DNA of 64,000 nucleotides, from contig JAYOSV010000007.1 in the NCBI GenBank assembly GCA_038139415.1, forward strand, positions 2,198 to 66,197, read 5' to 3'. The notes under the pieces were generated by a model, which made no database searches, was not told where the DNA came from, and worked only from the letters and a program-made list of their open reading frames with translations. Both the position numbers and the translations under genes were made by a program. The stretch is from Verrucomicrobiales bacterium. GTDB taxonomy: Bacteria; Verrucomicrobiota; Verrucomicrobiia; Limisphaerales; UBA1100. This document shows, piece after piece, positions 63,622 to 64,000 of the stretch (the stretch's first letter is position 1; each line of letters starts with the position of its first letter).

Positions 63622-63855
63622 TTAGTTCAGGCCGTGATGGGGGGTGATGGTACTGAAATTAAGGAATGCCTTGGAACAAATCAGGCACGGCCTTCGCGAA
63701 GGCTTTATTAAGTTGGATTTGGAGATATCCGTGGTTACCGACCTTAATGGAACACTGGTAATGGCATGGGTGGTGTTACGTGGATTACTGAAAACTCGGC
63801 ATGAAGAGTCAATGTGATAGGCATTCGCGGTATCGGTATTGAAAACCCACACCAT
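63622..63855 (-). CDS. small hypothetical protein with a YH-x3-C ... PC-x2-C motif
   Basis: From the internal ATG (63855): MVWVFNTDTANAYHIDSSCRVF...RRPCLICSKAF. The His/Cys spacing resembles a small zinc-binding module seen in many short bacterial proteins. Coding status is uncertain. Confidence 0.3.
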   Translation of the reverse strand: MVWVFNTDTANAYHIDSSCRVFSNPRNTTHAITSVPLRSVTTDISKSNLIKPSRRPCLICSKAFLNFSTITPHHGLN

Positions 63856-63980
63856 GGGATCTGGAGGGTTGGAAAAGGTCGGCCAGAGAGTCGTTTGCCG
63901 GAGGTTTTTGGAGGAGACAAACGGGGAAGGGAAAGAATTTGGCAACTGATTATTCGTTTGTGCGATGGTGATTTGGATCG

Positions 63981-63999
63981 CCCGGTCAACCGGGTTTTT
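63981..63999 (+). terminator. terminator-like hairpin at the window edge (CCCGGtcaaCCGGG + TTTTT)
   Basis: A 5-bp GC stem, a 4-nt loop and a T5 run on the plus strand. No plus-strand gene is visible upstream, so its role is unclear. Confidence 0.25.
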
Positions 64000-64000
64000 G

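Overview
This is a 64 kb chromosomal segment. Its gene content looks like the PVC superphylum, most likely Verrucomicrobiota, and that taxon call is an inference. Supporting content: three PSCyt/DUF1549/DUF1553 + DUF1501 gene pairs, three prepilin-type N-terminal (H-X9-DG-like) proteins, tandem DUF1080 genes, a sulfatase and PhoX.

About 55 protein genes can be supported:
- a complete F1Fo ATP synthase operon, atpBEFHAGDC (1519-8157)
- a five-gene minus-strand operon with touching stop/start codons: HtrA protease, ABC ATPase, ABC-2 permease, GldG-like, DUF4340 (8205-14646)
- a GntP-family permease
- glyQS
- a split larB / larC pair (nickel-pincer cofactor)
- hemB
- MscS
- an ECF sigma / anti-sigma cluster

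I recognised no rRNA, tRNA, CRISPR array, transposase, integrase or defence-type genes.

The strongest candidate for something undescribed is the largest non-coding gap (28339-28998), directly upstream of glycine--tRNA ligase. It holds about 390 nt of back-to-back hairpins, many capped by UUCG or UCUCGG loops. It also has exact internal 9-10-mer repeats and mutually exclusive pairings, and it ends in a strong intrinsic terminator. Its 3' third (28798-28898) can be drawn as a three-way junction whose unpaired segments resemble the glycine-riboswitch core. That reading is a hypothesis and needs covariance-model and experimental testing.

Secondary oddities:
- a pseudopilin-thioredoxin fusion
- a TAXI binding protein fused to a transmembrane segment and coiled coil
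- a TerB-AI-2E fusion
- larB translationally coupled to a PDZ serine protease
- an ECF sigma gene whose conserved N-terminal coding region has no canonical start codon
- a perfect TGTGA-N6-TCACA site upstream of the atp operon

All functional calls come from motif and family recognition by eye. No database search was run.
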